64,000 nt of DNA from Carcharhinus longimanus (taxonomy: Eukaryota). Under the pieces are notes generated by a model, which saw nothing but the letters and a program-made list of their open reading frames with translations, did not search any database and had not been told where the DNA came from. Position numbers and translations under genes: made by a program. Within the stretch, counting starts at the first letter, position 1, and every line of letters begins with the position of its first letter. This document shows positions 25,885 through 37,600 of the stretch, piece after piece. The stretch covers positions 24,969,732 to 25,033,731 of the forward strand of contig JASCQW010000156.1 in the NCBI GenBank assembly GCA_030264375.1, read 5' to 3'.

Positions 25885-26409
25885 GGGATGCCTTTTAAAA
25901 GGATCGTCCGAATCTCTGCCGATACGTTTAGGCCCTGCACCCCTCAGCTGGCTATATGATCCTCGCAGGACTAAAAAGTGTTGTTAACTCAGGCAAGAAA
26001 AAGCACCTGTGAAGCTGGCGAGTTTCACACAGCTTTTCCTTGCCTATTCCAGGCGATTTGGGAGAATTGCACCCATAGTTTCTTTGTCTACCCATTTTTC
26101 TTAAAAAAACATATTTCACATTTCTCTTTACTGAATTACAGCTGTTGCCTGTCTACCAACAGCTACTCTGCCCACGTTCTCCTACAATTTTCAGTATTCT
26201 TTGCTATCAGGGGAAAATAATGAAAAAAAAACAGTCCAGGTTCCTGCATCCAATCACCAAAAGCTGTGTGAAATTCATGGGTTTCAGAAACATCTTTTCT
26301 TATGTGAGTTAAAACACTCTGTTATTCCAAAAAGCTGGCAAAGATCACACAGGGAGGGGGAGGGGCCTAAACACAATGGCAAAGTCAGGGTTATAAACGT
26401 GTAACGGTA

Positions 26410-27180
26410 TAAATGTGTAGGGGTCCATTTTGGCAGGTCAAATGGGATGAAGGAGTATAATATCAAGGGTAAGAGTCTTAGCAGTGTAGAGGATCTGGGG
26501 GTCCAGGTCCATAGGACTCTTAAAATCGGCCTCGCAGGTAGAGGATGTGGTCAAGAAGGTGTATGGTGTACTGGCCTTCATCAATCGAGGGATTGAGTTT
26601 AGGAGTCGGGAGATAATGCTGCAACTTTATAAGATCCTTGTCAGACCCCACTTGGAGTACTGTGTGCAGTTCTGGTCACCTCACTACAGGAAGGATGTGG
26701 AAGCTATCGAGAGAGTGCACAGGAGATTTACAAGGATGATGCCTGGATTGGGAGGCATGCCTTATGAAGATAGGTTGAGGAAGCTAGGTCTCTTCTCCCT
26801 GGAGAGGCGAAGGTTGAGAGGCAACCTGATAGAGGTTTATAATATGTTGAGAGGAATAGATAGGGTGGATTCTCGGAGGCTACTTCCCAGGGCTGAAATG
26901 ATCGCTATGAGAGGACACCGGTTTAAGGTGCTGGGAAGCAAGTACAGAGGAGACATTAGGGGTAAGTTTTTCACTCAGAGGGTGGTGAGTCAGTGGAATC
27001 AGCTGCCATCGGTGGTGGTAGAGGCGAACTCACTGGGGTCTTTTAAAAGACTTCTGGATGAGTATATGGGATTTAATGGGATTGGGAGTTACAGATAGTT
27101 CTATAGCCTGGTAGGTATGGATGTGATCGGTGCAACTTGTGGGCCGAAGGGCCTGTTTGTGCTGTAGTGTTCTATGTTCT
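26410..27180 (+). mobile_element. Relatively young 5'-truncated CR1 LINE
   Basis: Open 183-aa ORF 26547..27098 (LYKILVRPHLEYCVQFWSPHYRKDVEAIERV...LFSLERRRLRG...), followed by a GTTCTATGTTCT tail. Confidence 0.93.
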
Positions 27181-27182
27181 AA

Positions 27183-27735
27183 GCAGGTTTAGTGGGGGTG
27201 TGAGGAAAACCTTTTTTACCATAGGGTCAGATGTTCTTTCCTAGGGTAGAATATTTAAGTACCAGGGGACATAGGCTTAAGATACACGAGGATAAGTTTA
27301 GAGGAGATGTGTGAGGCACGTTTTTTACACAGACAGCAGTGACTGTCTAGAACGCGCTGCTTGGAGCAGGTACGATAGCAGCATTTAAAGGACATCTAGA
27401 TGAATACATGAATAGGATGGGAATGGAAGGATGCGGACTCTGTAAGCATATACGGTTTTAGTTTAGGTCGGCATCATGATCGGTGTGGGCTTGGAGGGCT
27501 ATAGGGCCTGTTCCTGTGCTGCTCTGTTTTTTGTTCTTTGTTCTTTGTACTCAGAGGTGAGTGACGGTCTGGAATTCACTGCCTGGGAGGGTGGGAGAGG
27601 TGAGTTGCCTCACATCCTTTAAAAAATACCTGGATGAGCACTTGGCACACCATAACCTTCAAGGCAATGGGGCAAGTGCTGGTAAATGGGTTAAGGTGGA
27701 AGGTCAGGTGCCTCTTCTGCACTGTATGGTTCTAT
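27183..27735 (+). mobile_element. Two further CR1 3' fragments, one apparently inserted in the other
   Basis: The host reads ..GAGGAAAACCTTTTTTAC (~27219) and resumes CTCAGAGG.. (~27550). The intervening piece has its own CR1 ORF end and (TTGTTCT)n tail. Confidence 0.7.
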
Positions 27736-28502
27736 AAAAACATGTCTTTCTTGTGCACAAGGTTGTGTTGGTTTGTACTTTGAATTCTTTTAAATAACCA
27801 GGGGAGTCTTCTTGTCATTCTTAATTCTAAAATACCAGCTGATCTATTGACTCTGAACATAAGAGTTGAAAATCAAACACAGTTTTTAAGTAAGGTGCTG
27901 GACAGTGAAGGATAACAGGAGCAAGTTAGTACAGGCAGAATCCAGTCCCCCTTTTATACCCTACATTCCATCATCATTTATAGATAACACTTCAACAAAA
28001 CTTATACAACCAGTTTGGAAGTCAAGCTGATCACAGTGAAAGGAACTTTTCTGCAAGAGGAAGTAGTCAATTGACACATTAATAGAATAGAAAACAGAGT
28101 CCACAGCAAGCCAGGCTCTTTCTATAGGCCTCGGTGTTGTAATGAGCTTGATTTATAGTCCGACCTTCAGTATTTGCACATCTAGGGTTGAAATGACCTG
28201 AGTTGCTAGTGATGTGTATGGGTGCCTTTATTTCTATATTCATAAGGCCTGTGCTGAGGATTATAAAATTCCCCTCTCTGGCCATATAGTCCTAACATTG
28301 TCTAGAATGGCAACTGAATCACCCAGGTACAGTTTCAAGCAAATTGGGAGAACCCTGCACCTTGTTTTCTGCCACAGTCACTCCCCTTCCCCTGCACCCT
28401 ACTCCATGATGTTTCCATCGAGCCTCCAGTTCAGAGAATTAATGCTCCACCCCTTTCAGTATTCCATCTCTCCTGTGCCCCTTGCCATCTCCAAAAGCGA
28501 GA

Positions 28503-28790
28503 GTGTTAGCACTGCTGTCTCACAGCGCCAGGGACAGAGGTTCAATTTCCAGCTTGGGTCACTGTCTGTGCTGAGGCTGCATGTTCTCCCCTTGTCTGCG
28601 TGGGTTTCCTCCGGATGCTACGATTTCTTCCCACAGTCCAAAGGCGATGTGCTGGTTAGATGCATTGGCCATGCTAAATTCTCCTTCAGTGTACCTGAAC
28701 AGGCATCGGAGTGTGGCAACTAGGGGATTTTCACAATAACGTCATTGTAGTGTTAATATAAGTCTACTTGTCACTAATAAATAAAACTCA
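28503..28790 (+). mobile_element. V-SINE, tail type A
   Basis: Same family as 79-340. Confidence 0.85.
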
Positions 28791-29289
28791 AACTTACTTA
28801 GCAACGACTGGGTGTCGGGGGAGTTGAGGAGGGAGAGAAAGAGATAAAAGATGGGTTCAATCAAGGCATTCAAGAGGAAATGGGATCGTTATCTATAAGG
28901 AAGAATGTGTAGGGAGAAGTGGGGAGTGCCAGTAAGTGCATTGCTCAGTCAGAGAGCTGGCACAGATACAGCGGGTCCAATGGCCTTCATCTGTGCAATT
29001 GTGTAATTCTGTGATTCACAAGAAGGCTTTGAAGCATTGTTGTGCTATCAGTGAGTTTTTGCAGTATGTTGAGTCTAAGCAGAATCGGAATGCTACCAGG
29101 TAACCATTAGTTGTTGGAGAAATTTCAATGAATCAAATTTCTTGTCTGTCGTGTTCTTAATTTCTTCCTCCACCTTCCCTCGACCCAGATTTAAAACCCT
29201 CCACCACCCTCAGTTCCCATGCTTCCTCTGATCAGAGGCAGTCCGAGTTCTTGGAATTTGATGCGTAACAGGGGCTAGCCTTAAACCAC

Positions 29290-30697
29290 GGGGCCAATTT
29301 TCAGACCATGTTCACCATCAGACATCGGCTGAAAATTCCGAGAGTTGGGAAATGCGATTCACTCCCAAGAGATTGTGTTCCCTGATTTTCCCCACTGCAC
29401 GGCGGTCACGTCGCGATGTTCGCACCCACAAACAGTGAGAACCTCATTTTAAAGCATTATAATAAATTTTAATCTAAGTTTCAGGCTCCCCATCATATTC
29501 TCCCCCTAGCAGTATGTTCAAACCTTGCTGACGTGACACTACATCAGCGCTGTTTGCGACAGGTTCATCCAGACGTGAACCTGTCTTGGGGATCCCTCCA
29601 GGGCACAAAGGTGAGTTTAGCCCCCACGGGAGAGGGACGTGGCAGGGCACTGCCCCAACACAGGTTGGCACAGTGTTAACTAGCCATGCCAACCTGTGTT
29701 GGGGGCAGTATCAGGGGCATACCCTAGTGGGTGCCTTATGGAGGGAGGGGCTTGTATGTGTAATGTGGGGGAGAGAGCGCGCACTGAAGGAGAAAGGAAA
29801 TATCAGTGATGATCGGGGTTGGGGTGCACAGATGCTGGCGATGAAGATGGCGGGGGGAGCGGAGAGGGAGATGTTAGCAGCGATCAGGGGAAGGGGGTGT
29901 GGAAGAATAGAAGGAGATGCCGAGGCTGACTGTTTGGCAACGGGAAGCCAATGATACTTCCACAGCAGGGTGGGGAAAGATTATTGTACCCTCTGATTGG
30001 GGTACTCTTTAAAAAGGGTGCCTCGACATCTGTGGAGCCCTCTTTGCTGGCGCCTTGGGCCTCTGTCCCATGTGAAACATGCCCTGCTCTTTCTTTTTAA
30101 CAAAGTGCCAAAAGGTCTGGAGAGAAAACCTGCCTGTTTCTCTGGACAACAGTTTTCAGTCATATCCTGACACTTTGGAGGTGATCTTGGGTCCACGTTT
30201 GCCGTTGCAGGCTCACAATCTGCAAGTCACAGATCTTGCCAGCGAGAATGCGATTTCAGACCTTCCCCGGCCCTCACCAGCAATGGGCGTGAACTTGCTT
30301 TACGTGAATTTGAGCATATTTAAATGTTATTAACCCAACCCCCTCACCAGATATTGACCCCTCCCCAACACCCGGCCATATATGGAGACCATGCGGATGT
30401 GACGTCACGTCAACATGGTTTACAACAGGTTCACACAGATGTGAACCTATCATGGGTGTCTCCGAGATAAGTATAGCCCCCGGGGACAGGGACATGGCCA
30501 GGCAGTGACCTGGCAACCCCCTCGGCACTGCCGTTTGGCACAGGTTGGCACCATGCCAACCTGGTAGCACCAATCTGGCTGTGTCAACCTGTGCCAAGGG
30601 GCAGGCTTCAGTGGGAGTTCCATGGAGGGGGGGACTTAATGTAGATGGGGTGGCAGCCAAGAGGGGACAGAGGAGCAGGGGGTGCCAGAGATGGCCA
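29290..30697. mobile_element. Two adjacent, related GC-rich non-autonomous elements (Harbinger-like)
   Basis: 29520-29710 and 30400-30600 are homologous: TGACGT, the CAGGTTCA..TGAACCT hairpin, TAGCCCCC.GGG and CAGGTTGGCA..TGCCAACCTG. No coding signal; the superfamily is inferred. Confidence 0.5.
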
Positions 30698-30797
30698 NNN
30701 NNNNNNNNNNNNNNNNNNNNNNNNNNNNNNNNNNNNNNNNNNNNNNNNNNNNNNNNNNNNNNNNNNNNNNNNNNNNNNNNNNNNNNNNNNNNNNNNN
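30698..30797. other. Assembly gap (100 N)
   Basis: Run of N. Confidence 1.
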
Positions 30798-31058
30798 ATT
30801 GGGCTACATTCATGACCTTTTGTAGTTCCTTGCGGTCTTGGGCAGAGCAGGAGCCCATACCAAGCTGTGATACACCCAGAAAGAATGCTTTCTATGGGGC
30901 ATTCTCTACACCCTAGCTATGACTTTAACACTACATTTTGCACTCTTTCCTTTCCTTCTCTATGAATGGTATGCTTTGTCTGTATAGCACGCAAGAAACA
31001 ATACTTCTCACTGTATGTTAATACATGTGACAATAAACCAAATCAGATCAGATCAAAT
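30798..31058 (+). mobile_element. Rex1/Babar-like LINE with an inverted 5' segment
   Basis: 30798-30897 (minus) encodes IESILSGCITAWYG/SCSAQDRKELQKVMNVAQ, a Rex1/Babar RT C-terminal motif. 30901-31058 (plus) is the 3'UTR with AATAAA and an (ATCAR)n tail. Confidence 0.75.
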
Positions 31059-31084
31059 GATAACTTTACATCTATGGACTTTGC

Positions 31085-31190
31085 ATAAAAGCAAAATCCT
31101 GTATAAACTGGCAATCTGAAATAAAAAGCAGGAATGCTGGAAAATCTCAGCAGGGCGGGCAGCGTCTGTGGGGAGAGAAACAGAGTTATC
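31085..31190 (-). mobile_element. Penelope terminal repeat fragment
   Basis: AATCTGAAATAAAAAGCAGGAATGCTGGAAAATCTCAGCAGG..AGAGAAACAGAGTTA, same family as 6452 and 25302. Confidence 0.7.
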
Positions 31191-31523
31191 GGCAGGATTT
31201 CCCATGGCCCCCGCGGTGTGTTTTGTGATGGAGGAGAGATTCTGGTCCCACCGCTGTCCACAGGGTTTCCTGTTGTTCACATTCTCCAGTGGTGAGGGGG
31301 TGGGGGGTGGGGGGGGCATCGAAGGGGTAGGAAGATCCCACCTTGGGAATGGCTGGATAATATCATCCAACATGTTGATTCTGTATGGCTCACCTTTGGA
31401 CTTTCCATGACAGATAAACTGATCTTGGAGATTTAGCTGCAGATTGGATGATGCTTTGTTAATTTTACAGTGGGCAGAGGGATGGGGGAAGAAGGGGGTG
31501 CTCTCAGAAACAAAGCAAACATA

Positions 31524-31790
31524 GTGGCACGACGGCGCAGTGGTTACTGCTGATGCCTCACGGCGCCAGGGACCCGGGTTCGATTCCCAGCTTGGGTCAC
31601 TGCCTGTGTGGAGTTTGCACATTCTCCCCATGTCAGCGTGGGTTTTCTCCCACAGTCTGGTTAGGGTGCATTGGCCGTGCTAACTTCTCCCTGTGTGTAC
31701 CCGAACAGGCACCAGCGTGTGGGGACTAGGGGATTTTCACAGTAACTATTGCAGTGTTAATGTAAGCCTACTTGTGACTAATAAATAAAC
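31524..31790 (+). mobile_element. V-SINE, tail type A (well preserved)
   Basis: A-box GGCGCAGTGG, B-box GGTTCGATTCC, V-core and a tail ending AATAAATAAAC. Confidence 0.9.
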
Positions 31791-32819
31791 AATACTTAAA
31801 CAGATTTCATTCTGAAATGCGCTGCTGTTATCTCAATCTGTGTTAATGCAGGTTGAATCTTTCTCCATCTCTGTACAGCGGATTGAGACTGTTTTACTTT
31901 CCCCAATATAAATGTTAAATCTATATGGGTCGTTTCAGTTGGAGACTAATTCCTCATTAATTAGTCCGGGCTTTACCAGCCAGCTACATCGATTATTCGT
32001 AACTGATTCTCTCAAACGGCGCAATGATATTTCCGCATTGCCTGTTGTCTCTCAGGCTGTTTTAATTGGGCTGCATTCCACAGAGCATCCTTACTGTGTA
32101 AGGAGATGTATTCTAGCGCTCCAGCCGGGAACTCCCCTCATCTCAAACGCTGACTCACGTTGGAGTAATATTCCGTGTGCAGTTGGCTATTCTCTCTGCA
32201 AAGGCCTGAGGAGTGAGAGGCCGGACAGCAGGCATTTGCAGTAGTCTCACAGCTCGAGCCTGACCTTCCCTGACACCGATACACATCAGCACAGCTGTCG
32301 CTTGGCATCGCAACTGCTGGAACGCTGCCTAGTTCTTCCTCCGCTCCAGGCATCTGGGAGGTGTTACCCAAACTGGGATCAGCAACCTGGATAAGCACGC
32401 AAAGCTGCCCGTCATTCAGTTCAAATCCCACCCTGAGAGCTCGAGGTTTTCAATTGAGTTTTACTAATGTGTGATGTTTAAAAGTGACCTTGAAACTGTT
32501 TGGTTGTCATGAAAGTTTAACAGATTTTCTGTGGAAGTTTAGTCAGTGTGTGTAGAGTGGAGATGCATAGATTTCTAGATAGTCAAGACATCACACCATG
32601 TTGTTATAATCTCGAGAGGGCGCAGTGGCATTGTCACTACCCTAGTAAACCAGAAATCCAGGGCAATATTCTGAGGACCCAGATTTGAATCCTGCCAGTA
32701 CACATGGGGAATAAAAATCTGGAATTAGGAATCTACTGATGACCGTGAAACCATTGTTAATTATCGTAAAAACCCATCTGGTTCACCAATGCCCTTTAGG
32801 GAAGGAAATCTGCCTTCCT

Positions 32820-33272
32820 ATGTGGAAGTCACAGAAAGGGTGCAGAGGAGATTTACAAGGATGTTGCCTGGATTGGGTGACATGCCTTATGAGGATAGGT
32901 TGAGGGAGCTCTGTCTTTTCTCCCTGGAGAGATGAAGGATGAGAGGTGACCTGATAGAGGTTTAAGATTTGAGAGGGATAGATCGGGTGGATTTTCAGAG
33001 GCTATTTCCCAGGGCTGAAATGGTCGCTACGAGACGACACAGGTTTAAAAGGTGCTGGGAAGTAGATGCAGAGGAGATTTCACTCAGAGGGTGGGTGGGT
33101 GCGTGGAATCGGCTGCCGTCGGTGGTGGTGGAAGCAAATTCGCTAGGGTCTTTTAAAGAGACTTCTGGATGAGTACATGGGACTTAATAGGATTAAGAGT
33201 TATGGGTAGGCCTAGTAGGGAGGGATATGATCAGTGCAACTTGTAGGCCGAAGTTTTTCTATGTCCTATGTT
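32820..33272 (+). mobile_element. CR1 3' fragment (same subfamily as 26410-27180), abutting a SINE at 32620-32820
   Basis: High similarity to 26695-27180 (GGAGATTTACAAGGATG..CCTTATGA..GGGTCTTTTAA..CTTCTGGATGAGTA). Confidence 0.88.
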
Positions 33273-33754
33273 CATAGATTGGGGCACCATTTTTAAAGGG
33301 CACCTCAACCTGAAAGCTGCCCCTCACTGAAAGATCACAGAATCATAAAATGATTCAGTTCAGGAAGCTGTGAGTTGGCCCATTGTGCCTGTGCCAGTTA
33401 TTTAAAAGGAGCTATATAGTTAATCCTAATCCCCTTCTTTTTCCCCCATAGACGTAAAATTTATTTCCCTTCAAGCATTTATCCAAATTTCTTTTGAAAG
33501 TCAGTAATTTGCTTCCACCTCCTTTTCAAGCAGCACATTCCAGATCATAACAATGGAGTGTGAAACAAATTGTTTCTTGTGTCACCTCTTTTTTTGGCCA
33601 ATCATGTGGTTATTGACCCTCCTTTACTGAAAAACTGTTCCTCCTTATTAATTCATCAAAACCATTCTTGACTTTGAATATCTCTATCAATCTCTTCAAA
33701 CACATTTCTCTAAAAACAACTTTTTTAGTCTTTCCATATTTTTAGTCTTTCTGC

Positions 33755-34013
33755 AGCACAGTGGTTAGCACTGCTGCCTCCCAGCGGCAGGGACCTGGGT
33801 TCAATTCCAGCCTCAAGTAACTGCCTGTGTGAAATCTGCACACTCACTATATCTGCGTGAGTTTCCTCTGGTTTCCTCCCAAAATATGCAAGTTAGGTGG
33901 ATTGGCCACACTAAATTGCCCCTTAGTGTCAGAGGGACTAACAGGGGATGAAGATTGTTGTCAGTGCAGGCTCGATGGACTGAATGGCTTCCTTCTGCAC
34001 TGTCGGGATTCTA
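33755..34013 (+). mobile_element. V-SINE, tail type B, within older reverse CR1 sequence
   Basis: GCACAGTGGTTAGCACTGCTGCCTC..GGGTTCAATTCC head and CTGCACTGTCGGGATTCTAT tail. Confidence 0.8.
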
Positions 34014-34495
34014 TAAAAACTTTATCCTTAGTACGATTCTAATAAATTCTTTCCATATTCTCTCGAAGACCCTGATGATGTTCCACTTTACGTATGGAGC
34101 CCAGAACTATGCATCCTCAGATCTCCAGGTTCCTGCACCCACTTTAAAATTGTACAATTTAGTTTTTATAGCCTCTCCTCAGTCATCCTACATATGACTT
34201 CACGCTGCTATGTTAAATTTCATCTTGTGGATGTCTATGGCCACCATAAATCTATTACTATCGTCCTCGCTGTTTACTATATCTCCTGCTGGAAAGCGTA
34301 CGAGGGTGCTGAATGAAGTATGAATTGGGGCCAGCACTGACATCTGCTATGGTCAAAAAATCTGCCCACACTCACTCAACTCTTGTACGAAGAATGCCAA
34401 TTGAGCATGCTATCAGATGGGTAATGCAGCAAGATTTTCAGCAGGGTATATGGAGAAAGAGAAAAAGAAAAACATCTCTACATCATTTTGCTTAC

Positions 34496-34606
34496 CCCCT
34501 GTGTTTTCTCTGTCCAGTATTGCCACAATATCAGAAGCAGCTTTGGTCTTTCTTTGTTTGAATCCTTCTTCACTTAGAAATTTCTGTCGTCGAACTTTCT
34601 TCCTTC
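34496..34606 (-). CDS. PRDM2: PRDM2 linker exon (human exon 7 equivalent)
   Basis: Acceptor gtgcttctag, donor GGGG|gtaagc, 111 nt, phase 1 to 1, open frame GRKKVRRQKFLSEEGFKQRKTKAASDIVAILDRENTG. It links the 127-nt exon to the large exon in frame, and its length and basic start match my recollection of the human exon. Confidence 0.88.
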
Positions 34607-37600
34607 CTAGAAGCACGATCGTAAAATGAAAAAAATCGTCAAGTATAAAGATTTGGAAATTAAGTTGCTGTGAATCAGATATTGGTGAGCACAAAGAAGG
34701 AGAAAGAAAGGAGAAGAGTTGTCCAGAGATTAAAAACAAAGCACTTAACTGCTACCTTTTGTTCTCCTTGTTTTGATCAGTCCTATAGGCCCCTCCACTC
34801 CTTCAAATTTTGACCAAGACCCTACTCATTTGACGCATTAAGCCATCTTTCTGCAGCTAGCCAGTTAAGTTTAGTGTTTTCAACTTACCAAATATATTGT
34901 TTTGACTATTTCCACTGGTTGGGGGATCTAGGACTGGGGGCATCATCTAAAAACTAGAGGCTGACGTTTGAAAAGCGAAATTAAGAAACACAAAGGGTAG
35001 TAGGAGTTTGCAATTCTTCCACAATTGACAATTGATGTTAGGTACTGTAAATGTTTTTTCAACCTAAATTTTAAATCTGCGGTTGACAGATAGTTGCCCA
35101 CCAAATGTATCAAAGGGCACAGGTAAAAGGCTCCCTATGGAATTGTGTCATAGATCAGTGCTGCCCTCACCAAATGGTAGCAAAATAGGCCTAATGAGCT
35201 AAATACTTACTCCAGTTCTTATGTTATTTTCAGCTCCTGCATTTTGGTGCCAGAGAATTCACTGCGGCAAAAGTGGCTAAAAATGCACTATGTAGAATTC
35301 AGCCACAGCTATTTTTAAGAGTCAAAATGACTCAGATCTTCTGGATACTAATTTTAAGAATTACATGGCAAAACGGTTTTAATGCGATTCGCTTATAAAA
35401 TGATGAATGGAATTAGTGTTAAATACCTGCCAGCACAGCAGTGCCACAAATGGAGTGGCTTTACTCGAGCAGCATTCAAAGTGAAGCTTTGTGAAGAGTC
35501 TTTTATGCTACTGAGTGAATCTGTTCCCTACCTCAATTCTAAAACAATATACTTTGAGCAGACTTGCGAAAACAATATGAACTACTCCACAACACCGATA
35601 ATAAAATCAAAGACTTATTGTTATAGTCGTAAAAACCTTTTGCTCCTAAAATGCTGAAATATTCATGGGTTCAAAGTAATTGGAGTCAGTATTTCACCAA
35701 TCATGGTCAACCAATTTCACCTCTACCAAATCACCTCTATTACTTCTTGTAGTGCAATTTTCTCTCAACACAATGACTCATTTGTGCATTAGGGCAGATG
35801 ATAGCTTGCCTAAGTAGTCAGTCATCATTTGAACCTAATACAACACTCTTAACAGAATATTTGACTTGATGGTCTCATCTGATCTTGCGCTCACTTAACA
35901 CGCATTTTAACTCGCACAGCAAAAATATGAATTGGAGCGAAGACCTTATATCTAACACATTTTGCACTACATCGTTACCCTCTCAGCTATCTAAGGAACA
36001 CTCCATTGTAGAATCACTGACCATGGTTATTTGAAAGTAATACATAAAAACATCACCATAGACAATTTTCAATTTTCCTTTAAAAACCACAGCCAGTCAA
36101 AAACATGGTCAATGTGCTTTGTAAGTGAGGTGTGGGTATTTTCTTACCTTCCAGAGTTATGGTCTCTATTTAAATAATTCCAGCAGCAAACTTTTTTTTG
36201 CTAGTTTGAAAATGTTATTTATTACCCTACACTTGCTGCGGCGGTTTAACAATGTCTCACTCACATCAAGCAAACTATTTCTCACACAGTTACAAATAAA
36301 GTAAACAATACAATTATAAAGCATAACTGCCCCAGTCTCTCATTTCTGGCAGGCCTGCAGTTTCCTAAATGAGTTAATGCTTTTAGTTGAAGTGAAGATC
36401 TTGTAAGCAGACATTTCTCAATAAGCTACAAGACTTATTGTGGCTGCATTTCCAGGAGTTTGGATTGCAGACAAGCCTGAAATTGGAATAGGTTGATAAG
36501 AGTTCTTCTCCCATTTTCAAGGTATTTCTGTTTATGATCTTGGCTGCTTAATTTACTGCAGCTGCCTGTTTCTGCAGAACTGATTCTTGCTGTTTTAAAA
36601 ACATGCAACAAACATGGCTGGATCATTCATATGACCTATTATAAATCCAAAATCCTTTCCCAAATAAGATGGATTGTCAAATTGATAAAAATCCTAAATT
36701 TGTCAATGGACACTTTGAAATTCACCCAGCCTGTGTTTGAATGAGATACCATTATAAAACAATGGGAGGTTAGTTGGGGACCCATTCACATTTGTCTAAC
36801 ATATTGAATTTCAATGTGTCTTTTGTCCATGGTGAACAAAAAGATGGGTCTGCCGGAATTTGTAGTTCTTTCAAAGGAATAAGAGAATTTTCTGGATGGT
36901 TGTGAATGTCTATATCTAATTGATAATACCTTGAGTGTTTCAGGTCCTCTAGTGTTGACCTTGCCAAAAGTCAAGTGTTAGCACAGTCATTTTAATAGTT
37001 GTTCAAAATTTTAATACATTGCCAGAAAGTTCATAACATAATGGAGCATGACAGCAGGCACAAAAATAACTGAAAACTAGCACCTGAATGGTCACTTAAT
37101 AGGAACAGGAATGCAAAAGATTGAATGAAACTACTGAATCTAATTATTGAACTAAAACAAATTAAAACTCTCCACCAATTACTCTTGCTTCTTTTACCCA
37201 TTTCCCCATGAATACAAGGACAGCATCCACCTCCTCAGGCAGTCTGCACAGTAGGTTCAACCACAAGAGGATGACAAATATATACTGCTTACACTATTTT
37301 GAGGAAACATGTATGGAAGCTGTTCCAATCAAGTACATTCTACAAGCAGTAGTTACACAGAGGAGAACAGGGCAAAAAATGCAAACAAAAAAGCATGAAT
37401 CTGCAGGACAGCATGAACTAATCTTAAACATCAACTTCAGCTTGTCTCAATCCTGATAAATGAGCACAGATTTTCCTCAAAATGGCAAATAAAATGTTCA
37501 ACAGGACAATGATTGGGAACACTTAATAATATAAAAATACAAGAACATTTTACTTCCACGTAATTGTGGATATATGAAATAGCCTCAACATTTAATTCTT

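Larger units (their letters stand above)
25014..26074. mobile_element. Non-autonomous TIR element (PIF/Harbinger-like), host to nested insertions
   Basis: Termini GGGTGTGAT...ATTGCACCC form an imperfect inverted repeat; flanks gta/ata; GC-rich and non-coding. The superfamily is inferred from the GGG-initial TIR and 3-bp flanks. Confidence 0.5.

Noticed and set aside
26547-27098. 183-aa ORF as a possible host gene
   Set aside because: It is the CR1 ORF2 C-terminus of a 5'-truncated insertion.
31524-31590. tRNA-like A and B boxes
   Set aside because: These are SINE heads, not complete tRNA genes.
36148-36200. Possible 53-nt poison exon with a strong donor AAG|GTAAGA
   Set aside because: The acceptor lacks a good pyrimidine tract, and such donors occur by chance in 20 kb; unsupported without RNA data.
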